Assembly: GCA_002070095.1 (NCBI GenBank) | Contig: MWCR01000005.1 | Location: forward strand, 5,463 to 69,462 | Length of the DNA stretch: 64,000 nt | Source: Parcubacteria group bacterium ADurb.Bin192 | Lineage (GTDB): Bacteria; Patescibacteriota; Patescibacteriia; 2-12-FULL-60-25 | Direction of reading: 5' to 3' | Part shown: positions 61,707 to 64,000 of the stretch, piece after piece | How the letters are laid out: each line of letters opens with the position of its first letter | Numbering within the stretch: position 1 is the stretch's first letter | Translations under genes and position numbers: made by a program | The notes under the pieces: generated by a model | Seen by the model: the letters and a program-made list of their open reading frames with translations, nothing else | What the model was told of the DNA's origin: nothing | The model's database searches: none

Positions 61707-62666
61707 ATGGAAACTCAATTCATTCAAGCTCCTTCCGCGGAATTGCGCGTATTGGATCTGGGAGCGCTGCGCCGCATATTCGTTAAAGGAACAGCTGTGC
61801 ATAACGGCCAAAAAACCTCGGCCATTGAAACCATTGACACTCCATATACGCTGGCAACCCTGCGCCTGCTGGTCAAACTCAAAGGCGACTGGTGGCTGGA
61901 CGAACTCGAAAGACGCAGCAACCCCAAGTACATACGCCAAAGGCTGGAAGGTTTAATAAAACGTTTTGGAGATCTGTCAGGCGCCAAAGTACTGGATATT
62001 GGCTCGGGCAGCGGATCTTCAGCCTTGGTTATGTTGGACAGCGGAGCTCAATCCGTGCACGGCGTGGAACCAAACCCTGATTTTGTGGCGCTGGCCAATC
62101 AACGCGCCCAAGAAGAAAATTTGGCGGATAAAACCAACTTCGTTCAAATAACCGATACCTCCAACTTGCCGTTTGATAATCATAAATTCGACCTCATAAC
62201 TTTTAATGCCGTTCTCGAACACATCGAACCTCAAAAAAGACCGGCTATCCTCCAAGAGGCTTGGCGTTGTTTAAAACCAGGCGGCTTGCTGGTAATCACA
62301 GAAACCCCCAACAAAATCTTCCCCTACGACGGGCACACGACTCATCTGCCTTTCCTGCCCTGGCTCCCGCTCAACTGGGCCGTAAGTTTGGCTAAAAAAT
62401 ATTCGCGCAATTCACCGCGCGGCTTAACCAAAGAACAATACATCGCCGAAGGCATAGTCGGCAGTTCTTTTTGGCAAATCAAAAAAGCCCTGCCCGAAGC
62501 GGTTTGCCTCAACCTGCAAGGCGGTGACGCTCGTTGGAAAATATCCTTAAAACCCAACAGAGCCGCTCTCTCCCCTGTTCTTAAATTAAGTGAACTGCTG
62601 TTAAAGACTTTAAAAATCCCCTTGGCCGCTTGTCTGCCGGTTTTGGATTTGGTGTTTAAGAAATAA
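61707..62666 (+). CDS. class I SAM-dependent methyltransferase
   Basis: VLDIGSGSGSSALVM ... DLITFNAVLEHIEPQKRPAILQEAWRCLKPGGLLVITETPN. Confidence 0.8.
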   Translation: METQFIQAPSAELRVLDLGALRRIFVKGTAVHNGQKTSAIETIDTPYTLATLRLLVKLKGDWWLDELERRSNPKYIRQRLEGLIKRFGDLSGAKVLDIGSGSGSSALVMLDSGAQSVHGVEPNPDFVALANQRAQEENLADKTNFVQITDTSNLPFDNHKFDLITFNAVLEHIEPQKRPAILQEAWRCLKPGGLLVITETPNKIFPYDGHTTHLPFLPWLPLNWAVSLAKKYSRNSPRGLTKEQYIAEGIVGSSFWQIKKALPEAVCLNLQGGDARWKISLKPNRAALSPVLKLSELLLKTLKIPLAACLPVLDLVFKK

Positions 62667-63345
62667 CCGTGCCCACAAATTTTTGGCCGTTAAAAATTTT
62701 TTGCAAATTCTTCAGATCCCGGCCATTGGCAATCACAGCTTGCATTCGCCATTTGGAAGCGGCTTTTGAGGCAATGGGATCAAACGGCACGTTCATACCC
62801 GGTATCCATTTAGAACCCACCAATCTACAAAATTCCGTCCATTTAATCTGATTGATGGGCCTGGCATCCGCATGCGCGTTCGGATCTTTATCGTACACCA
62901 CGGATACGTTGCTCAAATTAATCACCTGCCGGGCCGCGAACCTCTTGGCCAATCTCACAGCCACGTAGTCCGTACTCCAACCCGGTTTCCAGCCGGCCGC
63001 GATCAGTAAAGACTTGTTCCAATTAAGCGGTTCACGCGGATCTTTGATAACCCGGTGCAAAGCCTGCTCCCTAAAAACAGAGCGCAATAAATGAGCGTTT
63101 AATCTGGTGGCATGGATGCCCAGCCAATCCACGTCTTCGTCAGCCAGCCGGCCAACCGCCCGGGCGGCACGCTGATAAAAACGGGCCGTCGAACCGCCGC
63201 CGACCACTATCACGAATCTGTCTCCTTTCGTAATACGCGATTTGATTAAACGAGCAAAGCCTTTTAAAAAATCCAGATCTACGCCACCATTGGGCACCAA
63301 AATGGATCCGCCCAGAGATATGACAAATAAATCGCCTTTTTTCAT
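62656..63345 (-). CDS. pyrH: UMP kinase (archaeal-type PyrH)
   Basis: LFVISLGGSILVP, VIVVGGGSTARFY, LGIHATRLNAHLL. 229 aa. Confidence 0.8.
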   Translation of the reverse strand: MKKGDLFVISLGGSILVPNGGVDLDFLKGFARLIKSRITKGDRFVIVVGGGSTARFYQRAARAVGRLADEDVDWLGIHATRLNAHLLRSVFREQALHRVIKDPREPLNWNKSLLIAAGWKPGWSTDYVAVRLAKRFAARQVINLSNVSVVYDKDPNAHADARPINQIKWTEFCRLVGSKWIPGMNVPFDPIASKAASKWRMQAVIANGRDLKNLQKIFNGQKFVGTVIS

Positions 63346-63348
63346 GTT

Positions 63349-63693
63349 TTATTTTTTCTCTTCTCTTAGTAAAGTGTTGGACACCCAAGACACGGCCCAA
63401 AAAATCAAAGCACCGCCAAACGCGGCCCAAAAACCATGCACATCAAAGCCCGGCACCAAGTAGGCGGCCAGCCAGAACATCAGAGCATTGATGACCAAAG
63501 TGAATAAGCCCAAGGTTACAATATTTACCGGCAGGGTCAGCAAAACCACCAAAGGACGAATAATGGCATTGATCAAGCCCATGACCAAGGCCGTAATCAA
63601 AGCCGACCAAAAATTCTGTACATATACGCCGGGCACCAAATAAGCGGCCAGCATAACAGCTAAAGTATTAACTACCCATCTGACTATTAACAT
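63349..63693 (-). CDS. phage holin family 4-like (DUF360/YvlD-type) small membrane protein
   Basis: 114 aa with four hydrophobic helices. Internal repeat AAYLVPGVYV / AAYLVPGFDV. Confidence 0.6.
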   Translation of the reverse strand: MLIVRWVVNTLAVMLAAYLVPGVYVQNFWSALITALVMGLINAIIRPLVVLLTLPVNIVTLGLFTLVINALMFWLAAYLVPGFDVHGFWAAFGGALIFWAVSWVSNTLLREEKK

Positions 63694-63838
63694 ACAAATA
63701 TAAATTATGAATTAATGACCAATAACCAAATCCCAATCACCAATTAAGGCATCGCCATTTATTGTTTATTAATTATTGAATATTGGTTATTAAGTGATTG
63801 ATCATTTGATTATTGGTTATTGGTTATTAAATGATTGG

Positions 63839-64000
63839 TTATTTATTCAGATTTTGTATTTCATTGATTTTATTTTCAGCCTGTTCCAGCTTCAATTGCA
63901 AAGCCTTGGCCAGTTCCATGGCTTGTTCGTATTTTTTCAAACCCAGCTCCAAATCCGTTTCTCCCTTCTCAAACCAAGCGGTGATGGCTTCAAGCTCGGC
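63839..64000 (-). CDS. xseB: exodeoxyribonuclease VII small subunit (5' end outside window)
   Basis: My minus-strand translation is ..AELEAITAWFEKGETDLELGLKKYEQAMELAKALQLKLEQAENKINEIQNLNK*. This is the XseB-like helical hairpin pattern. Confidence 0.65.
   Translation of the reverse strand, partial: AELEAITAWFEKGETDLELGLKKYEQAMELAKALQLKLEQAENKINEIQNLNK

Overview
About 50 CDS, dominated by a very large cell-envelope glycan and surface locus. Gene content resembles Candidate Phyla Radiation/Patescibacteria (DUF5667-like anti-sigma, DUF4012, archaeal-type PyrH, short TsaB, dense hairpin repeats); that assignment is inference only.

Coding content:
- 11 class I SAM methyltransferase domains, 9 of them in the first 14.2 kb.
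- About 10 GT4/GT1 and 4 GT2 glycosyltransferase domains.
- Two AsnB-type amidotransferases, a Wzx-like flippase, two O-antigen-ligase/polymerase-like proteins, and a GT4-pyruvyltransferase fusion.
- An ECF sigma / anti-sigma-like / 1300-aa secreted protein operon.
- MreB, DUF4012, and housekeeping genes at the right end (tsaB-like, rplJ-rplL, pyrH, xseB).

Hand counts on sample lines suggest three composition classes. A methyltransferase-rich cassette at 1-15 kb is roughly 35-42% GC. The backbone is roughly 48-58% GC. Two genes at 41.8-43.4 and 45.2-47.1 kb are roughly 63-77% GC.

Main observations from the hunt:
1. A high-GC island holds a convergent pair of cysteine-rich, GTGG-linker secreted proteins. 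They flank a perfectly duplicated 696-bp GIY-YIG nuclease cassette.
2. A 653-bp cassette with 56-bp terminal inverted repeats carries a GxxExxY (PD-(D/E)XK-like) gene.
3. A modular repeat system (GTCAT-ended hairpins plus degenerate 7-bp-periodic arrays) fills intergenic DNA. The same modules also sit in frame inside glycosyltransferase and AsnB genes, three times in the same GT4 interdomain loop.
4. A 16-unit heptanucleotide array lies just upstream of a GT4 gene that is itself bracketed by direct composite repeats.
5. A near-consensus orphan promoter precedes about 0.5 kb of hairpin-rich DNA with no credible ORF, a candidate ncRNA.

No rRNA, tRNA, CRISPR array or recognisable defence or transposase genes were seen. 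All coordinates for repeats and motifs were counted by hand (expect +/-2 nt), and no database search was possible.
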